64,000 nt of DNA, taken from the NCBI GenBank assembly GCA_030141605.1, contig JAQGDQ010000030.1:417171-481170 (forward strand), in the 5' to 3' direction. The notes below the pieces were generated by a model. It was not told the DNA's origin. It saw only the letters and a list, made by a program, of their open reading frames with translations, and searched no databases. A program made the position numbers and the translations under genes. The stretch comes from Tubiluchus corallicola. Its lineage: Eukaryota > Animalia > Priapulida. Shown here in pieces: positions 13,441 to 27,100 of this stretch; position 1 is the first letter of the stretch; each line of letters starts with the position of its first letter.

Positions 13441-16400
13441 ATGATGAATGCAGTGGGGCAAGCAGAGAACCCTAATACATCGTGGCTTAATAGCAGAGGT
13501 AGAAATTTATAAAACAGTTTACGAAATTTTTGTTAAGATGCAGCTTTTTACTCCTACGATTGACTTTGTAAGACCTGTCTTAGTTACAAGGGAGCAGAAC
13601 TGTGAGGTGCCATACATTGATCATGGCATTAGGCCAAATCTAGGCTTATTCTGACTTTTTCAGGTTTCGATGTCTTTGTGATGGTTTGGCTTTTTTAAAT
13701 TTAATAATTGTGGATTTTTTTATCATTTATAGCTGTGGCTCTAATGAAATTTTAGAAATGTAAAATGCCACGGTGAGATGCACTGTTTTTTTACGACTTT
13801 TTGTTATAAATTGTTTATAATTAGACTAGTCGTCATCTAAATGTGGAACAACTTTTGTTTGAAATGTCGCAGAGGATCGAAAGCAGAGTTTGCTAAAACT
13901 CTCTAGGACTTTCACTGATGATCCTGGTGCCACTTCTTTGATGCAGAAAAGTTTGTTGGCTAATCATCTTCCTATTTTGTGTTTGCCTGTATTTAGGTCT
14001 ACATTAACTCATTTTTGCCAGTATAATCTTTAGGCTGTTTTTAATACAAATCATAAGTTGAAATACATGCATACCAGCATTTCATATCCAGTCTACGTGA
14101 ATGCATTATAATTAAATCGCTATTATGTGGCATCTGAGATGGAGGTAATAAATGGTAACTGTTAAACCAAATGAAAAATATTTAATAACTACAATACCAT
14201 AGCAGCAACATTTAAGAAAATGATTTTTATGTAGAAAATTTGAGCCTCGTTAAATAACGTTTCTGAAGTGTAAAGAGCAGAGTACTGTATAATATAAAAC
14301 AGCTTTATGTTTTTTCAGGGGTGTGGCTGTCGTATATATTGGCTATCACGATCTCTCATCTTGTGTTTCTCAGCATACCCATGCTCTCTGTGGCAACAGT
14401 TTGGACACTCACTAATACTGTACATAATATTGTATGTATTCAGTGCACTATTGTTGTGCTATACATTTGTGGACTGTAATGCACGTGTCAATTGTATATT
14501 ATGCAATTTGTAATAGTGTTGCTGCGGATACACATTTTTGCCCGATAGTGAATACCGGATATTATCAAATATTTCTTCAAATTGACTTCCGGATTCGGAT
14601 TATAAGTGGATAGATTAACTAAATTCGAATCGAATATTCGGATTAGCTTGGATAATGAAAAATAGTAACTGTTTGACAGCTTTAATTTTTTTAAATTTAG
14701 TTTACCATCTTAAATGATCCTAGCTTACACATTAGGAGCTATTAAGCAAAATGTGAAAGGTGATTAAATAAATAGCTCAATGAGAAACAAGAAGATTTTA
14801 CTATGCTTAGTTACTGGTTGGTAAATAATATAAATATATATCAACTTTGATAATGTTACAATTACTGCAGGATTTTTTTTATTCATAAATTTATGTTTGT
14901 AATTAACTCCGTGTTTAGTTCATTGAGTTTGACAATTACTTGAAATCTTTAGCTACTCTTTGAATAATCATTTGTTGCTCGCCACTATGCAAAGACATAC
15001 TGTATTACTGCAAACGGAAAAAAATCGTGCCTAAAATTTTCGTCAAGAACAAACTTAGCCTAAAACGATCTCTGAGTTTTAACCAGATAACGAATATCAA
15101 ACTCGTAACTACCAGATAATAACGGATACAAATAGCTACAAAATCTTGCAAGCACCATAATTTTCGGATATGAATCGGATAGCTGGAGCAACACTAGTTT
15201 GTAATGCACATGTTAATTTTTTCTGTTATGCATTTTATGATGCACATGTCAACTGTATATTGTGTAGTTTGTATCTGTGCCAATTGTGTATTATGCAATT
15301 TGAAATGCATGTATGTCAGTTGTTTAGTTTGCAGCTTAATAATGAACATGTCAATTTTGTGTGTTATGCATTTTATGATGCATATGTAAATTGTGTATTG
15401 TGCAGTTTGTAATGTAATTTTCCACTGTAGATATTTTTTCTTCTGCAAAATGGCCTTTACATTATTTATTTCCTGTAAGCTGTTAGTTTTGTCAATTCTT
15501 ACTAACTGTAGTTAAGATTTATTATTGCATGGCATTTCTGTATGTATTATATTCTAATTAGTTATGCTTTAATAATGATTTTTATTTGATATATTTTTGT
15601 GATTTTTATGGTGCATAAGTTTTAATTAAGCTAGATCCCAATTTGCTATTCTTTTCTACTATGTATGTGATAAATAACAATGTTCTTTTATTTAAACAAA
15701 TAGTTGTTTTTCAGATTTTTTATTTTTTATTTATTTAGATCATGTTCTTTGTTCTGCACATGACTAAAGATGCACCATGGGAATCGATGGATCAGGGCAA
15801 GGCAAGGTTTGAAACACACTGGGAGCAGATAGACAGCGGTACTCAGTTTACTGCCACCAGAAAGTTTCTTACTGCTGTACCTGTTGTAATGTAAGTATCA
15901 ATTTGAAGTAATTTTATCTTCAGTAACGGAAAAATTGCATTTCTTTTTTGCCTCCTTGGGCAGGATTGTCATTGACTCAGTAGGTAAAAGTAGTTTATCA
16001 GAAAGTTTTGCCTGAAGAGACATCTTCGGTTAGAGAGGGATTTCTCTTATTACTGCTTGTTGTATCATTACTTGGATGAGGGAAATTGCTGAGTGTGATG
16101 GTGTGCTTAGTGACTAGATATTAGTCATGTGGGCTGGATGGTAAATTAGGGATGCCAGAAAAATCATTTCTAGGCAATTTCATCTGCTATACTATCTCCA
16201 TCTCCAAGCCAATTTTTCTTACTGAGGTATTTTATGTGCATTTGACCATGGCTTAGGCTATGCTGTTCCATTACCTTATTGTGGAGGATTTTTGATAATA
16301 AGCTAGTTTTTGATCCTGCCACATTTGCCACCATGTAAGTAAGGCTTGTCCTCTAGTGCCAAATGCCGGCCTAGGCTTCTGGTCCTTAACATTTGCCACC

Positions 16401-18017
16401 ATATAAGTAAGGCTTACCTTCTAGTGCCACATGCCGACCTTACAAAAAAAACCAACAGTTCGTTTTGGTGGCTGACTTTATATCTTGTGAGATAAAGTGA
16501 AACACAATTCTTATGCGACGCATGTCGTGCCTTTTAGTGTTAAAAGTGCAGTGGACCTAGTTATCTGGCTTCATCTCTTAAAAAGATTGAATTGGTTTAT
16601 GTTTCTCTTCACTGAGATGCAGCTTCTCTCATTCACATGGAAGTTTTGACATATTTTGTTTGTGTTTCTGAATGTTCATCCTCTCTAGCCTGTTATACGT
16701 TGTGACTTTTAATGGAATTATTGTCTTAATGATTTTCCTGAAAGTAGAAAATCTTTAAGTGAATATTTAAACCCTGTGCCAGCCTGTATTTGCATAAAAC
16801 CACTGTCCATCCCTGTATGTAATACTAATGTTACATGTGTATATATATATGTATGGGCTGGTGTTCCAGATTAGTCACTTCCCCCACTTCATGGAATATA
16901 GAAAGGGATCGTTAATTTTATTTGCTCGACTTGGCTTCGGCCTTTCAATTTTTAACCACTCACTGTCAAGAGCTTTACTGATCCTTTCTGCATATGTAGT
17001 TTTCTAAAGGTGTTCTGATAATGTCTCAGAACTTGTTAAGTTACAGCAGTTACAGAGCTGAAACTATATAGCTACAGTTTTTCAATATTTTTATGGAGAT
17101 AGTCCTAATTCTCTCATTCTCTCAATTTACCTTTTCATCCCAAATTTCTGTCACCAGTGTTCTATAGTTTTTGCCGAGAGTGACTTGAATCATGTAAAAA
17201 GCAAATTTTTGTTTCATATGAAATCTTACTTACTGATAGTATGTGGAGAAGTGTTCAGGTTTGTCAAAATTTCTACGTTGGCCTAGTTGGCAAAGCACAA
17301 AAAATGTGTTACATTACCCCAGGATTGCTCCCAGTTAACAAAAAATTTATTTAATATAGAACCTTATTTGTCATTACAAAATTTCGCAACAATATACTTT
17401 TCGTTTTGTAATGTTTTTTTGTTAAATATTTTTATAAAGTTAAGCTATAGCTTCAAATTGTTCACTTTCAAAAATGATTACATTATTTTTCTAGATTATT
17501 ACTTTATTCTCTTTCCACTTTTTTCCAATTTCTAGTTCCTTGGTAATATGCTCAAAGCTAATTGTTCAAAAAATAACTGCCGACCTTTACTATGCTATTG
17601 TCAGCTCTGTCAACTCTGATTTTCACCCTACGTGCATGAGTTTGTAATATATTTCACCGTATATAATCATAGCCAGAGATATGGTGTAAATACCCAGAGT
17701 GGGTAGTGACATGGTATGTAAATTCTTTTTTTGTTTTCACAATTTTGTTATAAATGGCACTAGAGACTTCTGTTGCATGCAATTCCAGTACTTTCTGCTA
17801 AGAACGTGTACAGATAAAATTAGAAGAACGTAATGTGAGTGGTTTTATTCATGGTCTATTTTTATATTTTATTTTTTTCAGATTTATTCTTTCGAGTTTT
17901 TACACAAAATATGATCCGACACACTTTGTCATCAACTCCATATCATTGTTGCTTGTTCTCATTCCCAAATTACCACAGTTTCACGGAGTCCGCTTGTTCG
18001 GAATCAACAAGTACTAG
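13441..18017 (+). CDS. ORMDL: ORM1-like protein (serine palmitoyltransferase regulator), 152 aa; exons 13441-13498, 14319-14431, 15739-15890, 17882-18017
   Basis: Spliced translation [27 protein letters not shown]...[17 protein letters not shown]...[45 protein letters not shown]...[17 protein letters not shown] matches the ORMDL family. All introns are GT-AG with consistent phases (total 459 nt). An acceptor at ~13423 implies an upstream non-coding exon. Confidence 0.96.
14514..15196. mobile_element. hAT-type MITE in ORMDL intron
   Basis: Termini TAGTGTTGCT...AGCAACACTA; 8-bp TSD atttgtaa (14506-14513) / gtttgtaa (15197-15204); subterminal cggata/ttcgaat motifs. Confidence 0.75.
15197..15415. 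repeat. ~33-bp minisatellite, continuing at 14470-14513 and split by the hAT MITE
   Basis: Units like tgtaatgcacatgtcaattgtatattatgcaatt occur on both sides of the MITE. Confidence 0.75.
16321..16442. repeat. Tandem duplication with ~69-bp period
   Basis: acatttgccaccat(g/a)taagtaaggctt...ctagtgcca(a/c)atgccg occurs twice. Confidence 0.85.
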
Positions 18018-19740
18018 CCTCCTTACAGCTAAACTTAATTTTTGCTATTCAGCTGCTGTCAACGGAGCCATACAGTTTCATAATCTATGATCGCTGATTG
18101 AAAATTTAAATAAACGTTAATTGGCTGCCTATCTTGCTTTTAATATTTTGGTTTTATAGCTAAATTGAAATTCCTAATTGCAGTTATTTTTTGTGAATTT
18201 TTTTTTGCTTAATTGATGTCCTTGTGCCACCCATAACAGTTTCTGCTTTTAATTTGGGTTTTTCAAATTCTTGAGACTGTATAGCTCTGATGGTGTCAAC
18301 ATGTCATTTAAATTTGCTATCTTTTTTTTACTTTAGACTAGATGATTGTTCTATTTTAAATAATTAATTCTTGATGATGGCTTTGTATATATTGTAATTT
18401 CATTATGTGGGCTCGTATTTTTGAACTGTCTAGCACTTTGGGTATTATGCAGGTTTTGATGCCCTTGGTGGTTTGAAGTAACGGTGTTTATACGTTTTTG
18501 TGTATCGTGAATGTTGTTACTGATGTTATGCGTGCAGAGGATTTCATTGAAGTAGTATTTATTTGGTCTGTGACTACTATGAGGCTTATGGGGAAAATGA
18601 AGTACCATGATTATGATTTGTCTGTTTCTGCTTATTAACTTTTGTTCTTATAATTATTAAATTATACAACAGAGGATCCAGTCTATTGCTTTCTTTTGGA
18701 ATTTTGCATTTTTGTAGATAAGCTTTTGTTAGTGTTGTCCTACTGTTTTCATTTGAATGTTTTCCGCTTCGTTTTAAAGGCAGACAAGTCAAAACATCAG
18801 ATTTTTTACATTGGAAGAAATTTCTAAGATGACTTGTTACGCATGTGTTTCTTGTATGAGTATTGGATAAGTGGGCGAGCAGCAGAAGCTCGAGAAAAAA
18901 GTGCCAGGCAAATCCCTGGATTTTGTATGTTTTGAAAATTTACTGCAAATTTTTAATAATAACATGGATTTTTCTTGCTTCATAAAGAAGTGTATAAATG
19001 CTTACGACAGCTTACTACTTCCATTAATTTGTCTTTATCTTGTTTTGCTGTAATTGTAGACACTTTTAGGCAGTTCTCTATAAAAAATTCTGCAAAGTTT
19101 TGTTTGATCCATTGGTTAATAAGTGAAAAGTATCGTATATTATTTGTTTCCGCTGTATCAGTTGCTGTCTAGTTGATCATGTCTTGAGATTTTTATTAGT
19201 TTTTATGAGTTAGTATGTTTGCAGTAGTACTTTTGATTATTTTATAAATTAAGCATAATGAAAATATTGAAAAGCTTACGACTTACTGTTGCCTAGTATT
19301 TTGTCCTGAGATTGTTTTAGGAGGAATTATGTGGAATAGTTCTTAAGTGACTATTGTCAACAACCCAATTTACTTAGTTAGTTGGTTAATAAATTGTTAT
19401 GTTTTCATTGCTAAAATTATGGATTTAGGTACTTGATATTATTATTAAGGCTGTGTTAAGTAGTGGCTGTTGCTATTTAAATGTTGTAAATTGTTAAATA
19501 AAATTATTAATGTTAAACATTCTCTTTTGTTTTGTATTTTCAAACTTTTGTTTTTTTGCACTTACAATTTTTTGTTACAGTGATGATGGATGATGCCAGT
19601 AATTAAGTGATTGCAGTTTAGTACTAATTACTTTTGTTTTAGAAAGCAATTTATGTAATTTATTACCTGATTGATATTAATCTTTTTGTTTAGTCAATGT
19701 CCAGAGCTTCAAAATTGACTGTTCACTTTTTTATCTTGAC

Positions 19741-19855
19741 CAAAACAAGGACCTGTATAAACACTCCTTCCAGATTCTGGAGCAATCTATTCAATGAGCA
19801 CCCTCAAACTATTTAATCTAGGATGTGCTTGTTTTAAACTTATAGTCTTACAATG
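19741..19855 (+). mobile_element. LINE 3'-end remnant, dispersed copy 1 (downstream of ORMDL stop, probably 3' UTR)
   Basis: Near-identical to 24224-24340 (aaacactccttccagatt...ctattcaatgagcacc...aatctaggatgtg...aaacttatag); resembles the tail of a LINE RT. Confidence 0.55.
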
Positions 19856-20399
19856 TTTGACAAATATCATACATTTTCCAGTGCTGTGTGTCACAGGTAT
19901 AGTTGTTTTTCTGCAGTACTAAGGTAAAAAGTCACAGAGTAAAGTAATCCATCTATTCATCAGGCAATTGATTATGCTCAGCACTAGTTACACTGCAATA
20001 TTTTTTAAGTTTGGATTATATATGAGCCAACCTGTTACTGCTACAGTTAATGTTGCAACATTAGTTTATTTGCTTATTAATTTTTTTTGTCTGTTCATGC
20101 ATCCATCTACTTATTCATTTTGGGTGACCGTATCCATTGCCAAAAAACGAGCTTAAAACATTGAGGTTGTCAGTTTATTTTTTGCTTTGTAACACCATTT
20201 CATTGTACAATGTTAGACATTGTTATTATTAATTCCCAAAAGCTCGCTTTGTTTTTTTTTATTATGTACATGGTTATAATATTGTTTCTTTGTTGAAATA
20301 TTTTAAAGAGGATGTAAATGAAATAAATTATTATAATCTGTCACATGTAATATTCACACAGTGACGTTCATTATTTTACTGATGACCACCAACTTGATC

Positions 20400-21050
20400 T
20401 AAATGGCAATGTAATCGGTGGTCATGGTATCTGGGGCTGTAAGCTTGTGTTGTGCCCCAAATCTTCTTCAAGAACTCCTCCAAGTGGCTTTTGAAAGCAT
20501 TTACACTGGCAGAGTTCACTGCTTCCGCCATTAACCAGTTCCAGATATTAATAGCCCTTTGGCTAAAGCTGTATTTCCTAAATCAAGTCTATACCATTTC
20601 TTCACTCATTTTTTTGGAGTAATCTCTTGTTCTACTGTAATCACTAACAGCAAAAAAGTCATTACATTCCAGACTTTCGAGCCCATTCACAATTCCAAAA
20701 ACTTCTACCAAATCTGTTCTCTGTGTTCTTGGGGCATCAATCTGCATCTCTTCAGTTTCTGTACATATGTTAATTCTGCAAAACTAGGACGCTCAATCAA
20801 ATTTATCGCTCTCTTTTGTACATATTCAAACAATCCAATATCTTTCACCATATAGGGTCTCTATGCATGCACGCAATAATCCAAGTATGGTCTAACAAAA
20901 CTTTTGAACAGTTTCACAATTTCATCTTTATCTCTGTTAATGAAAGAACTTTTTATCATGTCCAGCGTTCTGTTATCCCTCTAGACTGCTTCCGCACATT
21001 GTTTGCTCGATTTTAGCGACTTATTCAATAACACTCCAAAACTCCAAAGT
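20400..21050 (-). mobile_element. Decayed CR1-clade LINE, RT C-terminal region
   Basis: Minus-strand translation KSSKQCAEAV*RDNRTLDMIKSSFINRDKDEIVKLFKSFVRPYLDYCVHA*RPYMVKDIGLFEYVQKRA...IWNWL...VNAFKSHLE matches CR1 motifs (RP.LEY, VQRRA, WN.L, FK..LD). Contains stops and frameshifts. Confidence 0.85.
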
Positions 21051-21181
21051 CATTGTTATTATTCAACATACTATTATAGAAAAAGTATTAATTTTGCGCT
21101 TTGCACGAAGTCGTAAGAAAGAGGCAGCTAAGCGCAGGTTTATTTCGGGTGAGTGTGCCAGGTGACACGCACTATGAAATC

Positions 21182-24100
21182 ATGGCGGCATCCGGTAACA
21201 CTAAACGTGTAGTGTACGTGGGTAGGTATGAAAATTATTGGTTAATGTATTAATTCACGTAAAGATTCTTAGGAAGTAGAATCAGTTTGTCACTTAAGAT
21301 TATCTTTGATATGTAGAGGCTTATTAGTCGATGCTAGATTTGTCTTTCGGCCGGTGTTGATAGGGACGCCTTAACTTATATTCTCTTGCCATGGTATTAC
21401 GTGTTTATTATTGTAATATTAATACTAGTAGACGCCGCGATCCTACTTCAGTAGCGTTATGTTTTATATTCTATTGGGTATTTCTTAAATAGGGCTAGAA
21501 AAATCGTGCAAACCTGTTGCCTAAAAGCCCATAAACTACAGCCTGGTCGTTATTTTGCTAATAATTTACTACTACTAGTACTGGATATTAAGTTATTAAT
21601 ATTATTATTAAGCCCAGATGCAGAAGCAGGGATAGGTTTATGTTCATGACTGTCAATGATTGGAATTCATTAAATACTAAGGTGTGGTGTGCCACCAATG
21701 CTTCACACTTTAAGAGTCAACTGGATCAGTATTGGCAAGATCATCCTGAAATGTATCACGACCCATTTCAGCCTGAATGGACTTTATTGGTGGGAGAATT
21801 AAAGACTCCCACCTGACTACACACCACAGTGGCTTAGTATTAACAGTTACAGTGTTTAACCGGATCCACCGTTTAAAACGTTATGTATACAATTAAGTAT
21901 TGCAACCATGGGCAAAAAGCTATTAGCTTCGCTCCGATCATCGAAGGTAAAACTTTAAAGCTATATTGTTATTATTGGGTCTGTTAGTTACTGTTGGTTG
22001 CCTACAGGTATTGACTCCCGTTCTTTTGTAATTCCTTTACTGATGTTTTACCTTGAGCCTGTTGTCTTGTGCTGCTTAGCAACTAGCCTCACTCATTAAT
22101 CACAAAAATTGGAATGCCAAGCGGCTTGTATAAATCGTCCAGCATAGTACAAAAATGAAAAACAAGCATATTGTCATTTTTATGTGTACCAATGCAATAA
22201 CAAGTTCACGTATCTTTTAAATTTACACCAGTTAATTATGATGATATAATGGAAAAAAACCTGTCGGTCTCTTGGCAGAACCTTCATACTCCAGTTCATT
22301 AAGTCACAATGCTAAACTGCTGAAGAAACTATAGATGTGTAATAGAACAACAGAACTTTATTTTACAACCAGTTATATTCTGCTGCAAACCTATATTCAC
22401 GGGACGAATTTTGCATAAAACTAGTAAGTTTAACATCTTATTGACTTGTATTCCTTTTGTGAGGGTGTTGTTATAGCTTTATCATTTTGGAAAAGTTTGT
22501 CAAATGCATACTTTAAGAAACCTGACAAACGTACAGTAACATGTATGCTTAAAATAATCTGTAAATTTACGTGCAATAACCGTGCTGCCAAAATTATTGC
22601 CTTGGCAAATTTTCTTTGCCTAATATAAGACATAAGTCTGCCTTCACCAAATTTCAACTTGAGCTAAAATATATTTCCATTTGCGATGGCAGTTGCCTGG
22701 TAATAGAATACGTTTTGTTTATTTTCTAAATAAGGCCACTACACAAAAATCTGGAGTTAATTAGGTTTTTGAAAAGGACAGGATCTCGGGAAAGCAGCAA
22801 AAACTAGTTAAATAAAAGTTACTAAACTTATAATTAAAATAGTCAAATTAAAACTATCTTGTATGTCTGCTAAATTTATAGTGCAAAAAGCAACAACAAA
22901 TTTTGTAATACGGGAATTTGTGAGGTGAAGTAATTTGCTAGTGCTAAACTCGATTGAGCAAATTGGCTGAACTGCATTGCAAACTTTTTGTCAGTTTGTG
23001 GAACATTTTTTCATCTAACAAGGGCCTGAGAATACCTATTGCATACTAGGAAAATTAAAAAAAATCATAAAAAAGCCTTAATCAAGTTTTCTCTGATTTT
23101 TGTAGTTGAGTACTAATCTTATAGTTAGCCAACAACCACATATAATTTTGTAGCATAGAATACAGCCCTTATCATGTAATTATTCATTATCCCAAGTCTT
23201 GTATTAAAAAAGAACTAAACTAAGAATATGTCAATTTTGAGAAGTTTCAAGCATCATTTATAGCATGGATGCAGCTGATGAAAAAGATTTTGTCTTGTGT
23301 GAGTCTTTTCTGTTGTCATAACATGTTTTCATTATGTATTATTTTAGTAGCATGTCCTGACCTATGAAATAATGCCTGCAACCAGCTAAGGGATCTAGGG
23401 AATGCTGTACTGTAAGGTATCTAGTGGGGTCCGTTGTAGAGCTGTGGCTGCCATTGCATTCTCCTTTAATTAAATTTTCGAAGCCAAAGTGAGATCTCTA
23501 AATTATGGTACATCTTCAAAACTAAATGTGAAAAAAACGCTTCTTAAATTTGATTTATAATAAAGTATATTTTTATATATATATAGTATAAAGTATATAT
23601 TTAGTATATATTTAGGTTTATTACCAGATTGTTGTTTTCAGAGCTTAGAGCAAGCTCATAGTACAATAATACAATGTGTCTCAAAACTGCAAGACATTGG
23701 TTGTAGTAAATTTACCAAAATGGTCAGAAATGTTTTGAATTTTTCTTAGTTACAAAATTATCAAAATGTAATCATATCTGTTCTGCACATAGATAGGTCT
23801 ATCTTTTAGCTGCTGTGTATGTAGACCATATGGATGTTTAAACTTTTAAAATATAGAGAAAAAGTGGGCTGATAGAGAATACTTCTTTATTGTGCAATGA
23901 GTGTAAGTTGTACCAATTTTAGTATTGTTTTATTTAGGTGGTTTGGCTGAAGAAGTTGATGATAAGGTGCTACATGCAGCTTTTGTACCATTTGGTGACA
24001 TAATAGATGTGAACATACCACTTGATTATGAAACGGAAAAACATCGTGGCTTTGCATTTGTTGAGTTTGAGCTTGCAGAAGATGCAGCTGCTGCCATTGA

Positions 24101-27100
24101 TAACATGGTAGGTGACATTTTAACACACAATATACGAAATAGTCTGTAAAACTAGATTCAATATTGTGAAAATTATTTTTAAAGACTAAGACTTGTTCTT
24201 GTAAAGATCAAAATTTGTTTTTGCAAAAAAGGACTTGTATAATAAACACTCCTTCCAGATTTATGGAGCAAACTATTCAATGAGCACCATCAAACTGTTT
24301 AATCTAGGATGTGCCTGTTTTAAACTTATAGACTTACAATGATATTGTAATGTGCATGCTCAGAGATTTAGTTTTAATTTGTTTTTTATGCTTTATTTTT
24401 TCATTTGATCAATTTGTACTCATTGTATCAACTAAACTTAAACCTCAAAATCTTTTATTTACTGGATAATTTTGTATATGCATGTAAAATTTGTATAACT
24501 TTAAGTTGTATTTCATATTTTGCACTTTTTGTGCTTACTTATATTATGTTTTAGTACACTCGACCTGGATGTAAAGGAGCCTATAGCTCATCCTAGCTAC
24601 CAACTTTATCTCATCTTGCCTCAGTTATTGCTTGTGAAATTTTTTTCTCATTAGCCAAAGCCGTTTGGATTAAGTGTTTTAGTAGAAAACTATCAGTATG
24701 CCTTATTTGCCATAAAAACACAAAACAATGTGCAAATCATACGCATATTTTTCTGTTTGCCCCTTCTTGTACGTGTTACTGTCTTGCTAACATGGGTAGT
24801 GCAATCAGTCAAATTAGTGAATTCGTAACAAAGAAAAATTTCATTAGAGAAAGCTGGAATATACATTAGTTTGTGCGAACGTGCAAATGGACATTGTTGG
24901 ACAGTACACTTTGTGACGTTTGTCATAAAATTATGATTTTCTGTTAAATCATAAAATGAATTTTCTATTTCTTATTTAGAATGACTCAGAGTTATTTGGT
25001 CGCACAATTCGTGTTAATTTGGCAAAACCGATGAAAGTGAAAATGGGTTCTGCTCGCGCCGTATGGTCGCAAGATGACTGGCTAACTGAGCATGCTGGTG
25101 CAACAATGGATAAAGAGAACGAAGACATGGATCGTAATGCAGATAAACGACCGGCTGAGGTTGCAGAGGAGGTCAGTGCAATTGAAGCTTAGTCCAGTGT
25201 TAGTAATTGTGGTCATTCATTTAGTGATGGTCATATTCACATTAGCAGTAAGAAATTTTGGATGATGCTATTATAGTTAATATAATATAAATATATTATA
25301 AATATAATATTAATATATAAATAAATGCAACAGTGCTTTTAAATGTCATAGAGTACTGAGCCTGTGCAGAAGAAGAAGAAGTCAAATCCGCAAGTGTTTT
25401 TCGACATAAAGATAGGAAACCGATCTTTGGGCAGAATTGTAATGGAACTAAGAGCCGATGTGGTGCCAATGACAGCTGGTAATGTTTTATTTAGTTCCTA
25501 ATGCTGATGAAATTATAAGATGGTTCTATCATGTTATATACTTCACACTGGTGCTTCAACATTATGTGAACATTGAACGTAGGCCATTTTTATGGGTGAT
25601 GTTCATTATTTAAAAGCATTGTCTACTTAGAGTTTTAATTACACAAGACCGAGGTAGAACAGCAACATAACAATTCAATTTAATGTGAGTAGTGTAACTG
25701 ATGGGATGTCACTAAGCTTTGCCAAAATCGGAACTTCGAAACCAAATTTGAATTGGAACTTTGATTCGGTTTGGCTTTGTCTGCAGAGGGGTTTCGGTAG
25801 CACTTTTTTACGAAAGCACTTCTTCACTGCTTTTGTTAATTTTGGTAATTTTGTTATATTAGCAATAAGGAAATGTTGCCATATTCAGATTCAGCATGTG
25901 CCCAAATTGTGAAATCCTATGTGAAAGCACGCAGCATTTTTGATTTTAAAATTTTAAGATTTTTTTGTATTACTTTAGCAGAACTAAATCCTAGAATTAC
26001 TGTGAAATATACTGCTCAGTGCTCAGACAGGTCGTCTGTAATCTTTTTCCGTGTTAATCACTCCTACCTTATCAATCTGCCATAATTTGATTAAAAACTT
26101 CATAGAATTGAATAAGATTTGGTTTAAAAAAATAAATAAATAATGGAGATTCGAATTTGATTCCATTTCAAAAATTATTTTAAATTAAAAATTGGATTTT
26201 TTATCCGGATTCAAGAACTATTTAAAGCCGAGATTTGGATTCGAAAATTGCTATAAAATGAGATTCTATTTAGACTCAGATTCGTGGCATTCCTGATACT
26301 GTTAATTTTTCTGGCAAATGAGCAAGCAAGTTATAACTTTGTGTATTTGTGCTGAGTCATATAGACTGGCATTTTCTTTCATTGTTTTTATCTTGTGTAA
26401 AAATTAAAAGTGCACCATGTTTTAGTTTTTGTAAGAAGTTCTCCATCTGATGCTTCCAGATATTGCTAATATTGACCGACTTTTCGTATGTCAATTGGCC
26501 AGTCACAGACTGCATGGTTATTTAAAGTGTTTATACAATATTTTTTACAAATCTTGCAATTTGCACTAAGAAAAGTGTTTTCTAAATTACTGTTATTTGC
26601 TCCTTCAGAAAATTTTCGATGTTTATGTACGCATGAAAAAGGCTACGGTTATAAGGGCAGCTCATTTCATAGGATTATACCACAGTTTGTATCCTTTATT
26701 TTTTTCAAGTAAAAATGAGCTTACAACACAAAGGTAGGCTTTTTAATTTGGCCCATATGGTACACAGAGATTACGACACTGTTAAATAGGCTATGTACAC
26801 TGATGATAGTGCAGTGCTTCGAGCATGTTTGGATAACTTTATGACAGTTTCGAAAAGTTGTCAAGTAAGGAGGTTTGCAGGTCTGGTGACAAATTTTAAA
26901 CATTTCAAAAAAATTTTTACCTCAAATGCGGCCTTTTGGCTACAATGATGAACACTTGTTGATCTTTCGTGACTAGTTGGGGAACTTTTGGAGTATATTT
27001 GGTTGCTGTTAGATTTAGAAATTTTCAGGTTCCCGCTGAAGTCCTGAACTTCGTTAAATGCTGGTTTTATTAACCAGTAGAGAAAAGAATTAACAAATTT

